The notes under the pieces are model-generated. The model was not told the origin of the DNA, did no database searches, and saw only the letters and a program-made list of their open reading frames with translations. Below, piece by piece: positions 59,951-64,000 of a DNA stretch of 64,000 nucleotides. The stretch lies in assembly GCF_009914755.1 (NCBI RefSeq), contig NC_060926.1. The stretch is one strand, 5' to 3'. Made by a program: the position numbers and the translations under genes. Origin of the DNA: the human T2T-CHM13v2.0 reference genome, Homo sapiens. Position 1 is the first letter of the stretch; each line of letters starts with the position of its first letter.

Positions 59951-62900
59951 AGAATAAGAAATCTAGAAAGAATAAATATATTTCCTCTTTTTGGCATCAA
60001 AGTTGGCTACAGCCTATGGACAACAAATAGACTTCTTAACAATGTAAGCCTCTCTGTTTTTATCCCCAGGCAGGAATAGAGTATCATCTTGAGCTCTTGA
60101 CTACTTTCTAGTTATGGACCAATAGACTCTGTTGGGTAGAAGAGAGACTCACCTACTCTGCTTATGGTGCAGCTCTTACTATCACTCACTCCCTGGTCTC
60201 TGAATCCCACCTGAGGCTCCTATAACTCTGGTCCTCCAAGCAATGATTCTTTGCCTTCCAAATACCATAACATTTGGTACATATACCACTTTACCTGCGC
60301 TCTAGGTTCTGGATTACCCACGTATTACCAACACCTACATGTGACTATCTATTTTCCTATATGGAGAAAACCTACTTCCCCCCAGCATAAGACACTATCA
60401 TAATGGAATTAGATTTCCCAGCTAACCAAGAAAGAAACTAAAAAGTGTAGGGCCACAGCAGTTGATGAATGTTGGAGCTTCAATTTCAAGCCATCACACA
60501 TGTACTCTTTCACTGGGATGGTAATTTTTTAAGCACAAGTAATTCAGCCAGTACTACTTTAATCATAGCAAATGATTATATTGAGAAGGTATATCCAGAG
60601 TATCATAATTCACATATGCTTTCCCTTCTCCAAACCACACCCCTTTGTGGGGAAAGTCCAGCAAAACCAAGAGCAACAAATAAAATGGGGAAGCACATTA
60701 ATAACGACTTTTTATCAACAAAACACTCTTATGTTTTTACTTACTATGATATCATATGGTGCTAGGCACTAGGAGGTAGCTGAGAACAAAATAAACATAG
60801 CCCCTGCCCTCACAGAGCTTATATTTTAAAGAGAAAAACATTAAATAAATATAAAATGAATTCTTTAATTACAATTATGACACATGCTACAAAGGAAAAA
60901 GAAAAGATCCTCAGAGTATGGATGGGCCATCAACATGACGTGGTCAGGAGAAAAAGAGAAAGCTCACTCAAGGCATTGGCATATGAACCATGCTCTGAAG
61001 GGATGAGGCTGGTGAAGGAGAACAGCATCTAGAAATTTCAAGAATTGATGTAAAGGGATAGAAAGGGAAGCTTAAGAATGAAGGAATGGAAATTATCCCC
61101 CAATTATCTTTCCCATTTCCATCAGATCTCCCACTGCAAGCCCACCTGATTATTACAGTTTTCAACATTCAAAGCTATTGATCTAGCAAGGATGCCCATG
61201 GGTGGAAATGTGATTTATGGATGCTGAATGGATTAATTATACACAATTAAAGACATCACTTAACTAAAGTAGCTCATTCCCCAAAGCTCGCAGAATATTT
61301 ATTGCAAGTAAAGCAGGGAAGAGCAAAGACACAGTCCTTAGATTACAACACAAATTGGCAATGGAAAAATTCAGCAGTGCCTCCTCCACCTATCTTTATG
61401 CTGGTACTAAAAACACAACTAGAATCAAGGTTAGCACATCAGGAAGGAACAACCCTTTTCCTGAAAATCCCATTATGAATTTCCTTTGTGTTTTGCATTT
61501 TGCATGCCTCTGAGGCTGACATCACTTATATACATTATTGAAGCCTCACTGGATGTGTCTGCCTATCTGCTGCAATTTTTATTGGAGACTTTTTCTTCGA
61601 ACCCTGTGTTCCTAAAGCAGCCAGAGGAATGCTTGTCCCGTTGTCACTCTGTTTTCAGATTCCCAAAATGTTTCAATGGGAATACACATCAGTCTGTGTA
61701 TAAATCAGAAAGCTTTTTGAAAATATATACAAAAGTGAGGTAGCTGCTAAAATATCAAGGGTAGGACCTCAAATCTAAACCCAAGTTGATACATGTGTAC
61801 AAAATACGTGTATTTTTAAATTTGGCTTAGAAAGTAGGCCGTTAAACTCACTAAAAACGATCATGACTATTATTTGTTATAATAACTGAATACATGCTAG
61901 GCCCTATAAGTGTGTACACACACTCATTTAATCCTCAGAGTCACCAGAGTAACAATCCCTATGTCATAAATGAAGAAAACTAGGGGATAGATTGAATAAC
62001 TTGTTCACAGAAGATCACATAGCCAGAAACTAGCTGGATTTCAAATCTTGGGTCTGTATAACATCAAAGCTTACCCATACTTTTGCCACTCTTCTACAGC
62101 TTCCCCCCACAATAACTACCTACCATTCACTAAATGTCAAGAATTACGCTCAGTAATTAAGAATCATCCACTGAAAGAATTCTCACAGTAATTCTGAGAA
62201 GTGTTCTTAGCCCCTAGATGAGGAAACTGAGCTCAGAGAATTCCAGGAACTTGATCAAGGGAGCACCACAGCAAGGCTGAAATGTGCAGAGGGAGATTTC
62301 CCAGAACCCTGCACAATTTCAGAAGAAATTTGTGTGGTACAATGAGTTTAGTAAAAGTAATTAAGGACTTGTTACTTTCTTAAAGTTTTTCAGTTTTATC
62401 TGGGAAACTATTAATATGCTTTGGAAGAGAAGAAAATTCCCAAAGGACTGATTTCCTCATCTTCGGTGGACAAGGAAATACCTCTAGGAATGTCCATTCA
62501 AGCCAAAATATCAGCATTGTGATCCATTACTTTCGTACACAAAAATAAATGACCCTCAGTTATCTATGTTTAACAGATCAATACCCACAAGCATATGTAA
62601 TGTGCCAAAAACTCTGAAAGCTATACACAAATCAGAATAAATGTAGTTCTTTTCCCTTCACCTACTTCCACCACAGAATTAAAGACCCAGCTATAGTGGT
62701 ATCTGCTTTATTTGATTGGCATATGTCTTGAAGCTCTTAGGATGTAGTATTTTTCCTCATGGGAGAATTTCATATTAACATCAAGAGTATTATATTTTTC
62801 CTTAATGGTGAACTTTGTGTTAACGTTGCATTAACTCCATATTAATGGAAACACAAATGTTTCCAAGTGAAATATTAAGGGGTTTAAATACAATCCCCCT

Positions 62901-63312
62901 TCTCTAATTCAATTTATAACTCTTTAACTGCACAGTTAATGGGTTCTTCAGCTATGTTATTTTTCATTCCAAATTAAATTATATTATTGTAAACCAGGGG
63001 GAATTTAAGAATAGGTTTTAAGCATGCAAAAATCTTCAATTAAGATGAAACTAGTAGAGAAAGATGTAAAATTATTTTATCTGTGTATATATATGTTGTT
63101 TCTGTCTGTAAAATGGGAACATTACCCTTTTCCAATAATGCTTTGCATATAGCAATGAACACAATAATATACCCTGGAGATGCTCTCCTGAAAGAACACA
63201 TTCAGAGACTCTAACATATTCACATTAGTGAACAAAATTGGCATTTATACTTTACCACCATAGTGTATGATTCAGAATTAAACATATCGCACAGATTCCC
63301 ACATGCTGAAAG

Positions 63313-63440
63313 AGTAGTTCTTAAATTTTACGTGTCTTAGAATCATCTGGGACTCATGTTTAAAATTCAGACTCCATAGAGCAAATTACAGAAATTGTGA
63401 TTCAGTAGGTATAGGATGGGTCTTAGGCGTTTGCATTTTT
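63313..63440. mobile_element. MER5-like fragment truncated by L1
   Basis: gtagttcttaaa...agaatcatctgg...gattcagtaggt...ttgcattttt. Confidence 0.65.
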
Positions 63441-63955
63441 TAATTTTTAATTGTTGTGGGTACATGGTAGGTGCCTATATTTACAGGGTACATGAGATAC
63501 TTTGATACAGGCATACAATGCATAATAATCACATCAGGGTAAATGAAGTATTCATCACCTCAAGCATTTATCCTTTCTTTGTGTTAAAAATAATTCAATT
63601 ATACTCTTAGTTACTTTTAAATGTACAATAAATTATTGTTGACTGTTGTCACCCTGTTGTGCTACCAAATGCTAGATCTTATTCATTCTATCTAACCATA
63701 TTTTTTTATACATAAACCATCTGCACTTCCCCCGCAACCCACTACCCTTCCCAGCCTCTGGTAACCATCATTCTATCCTCTATCTTCATGAGTTCAATTG
63801 TTTTCATGTTTAGTTCCCACAAGTAAGTGACAACATGCGAAGTGTGTCTTTCTGTCCCTGGTTTATTTCACTTAACATAATGACCTCCAGTATCATCCAT
63901 GTTGTTGCAAATGACAGGATCTCATTCTTTTTCATGGCCGAATAGTACTCCATTG
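63441..63955 (-). mobile_element. L1MA-like 3' end
   Basis: gtgggtacatggtaggtg...ttgatacaggcatacaatg...catccatgttgttgcaaatgacaggatctcattc. Confidence 0.88.
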
Positions 63956-63959
63956 TGTG

Positions 63960-63992
<33 letters not shown>
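63954..63992. repeat. (TG)n microsatellite within L1
   Basis: TG run with one interruption. Confidence 0.95.
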
Positions 63993-64000
63993 ATGGTACA

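Overview
Primate, almost certainly human, genomic DNA lying entirely inside HECW2 (NEDL2, a NEDD4-family C2-WW-HECT E3 ubiquitin ligase), transcribed on the minus strand. Eleven consecutive coding exons (39873 down to 2582) have canonical AG/GT ends and splice into one uninterrupted frame. From my recollection of the human protein these are exons 3-13, about aa 98-938: HECW N-terminal domain, C2 domain, long acidic linker, WW1 and the start of the helical region. 39874-64000 is part of the large upstream intron. The rest is ordinary intronic repeat content: about 15 Alus, L1/L2/MIR fragments, solo LTRs, MER DNA transposons and microsatellites. Repeat subfamily names are by eye. I find no new gene or novel multi-component system. 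The best leads are a tail-to-tail inverted Alu pair 20 nt apart that shares private mutations, plus several candidate alternative-splicing elements around exons 5 and 6 and in the upstream intron.
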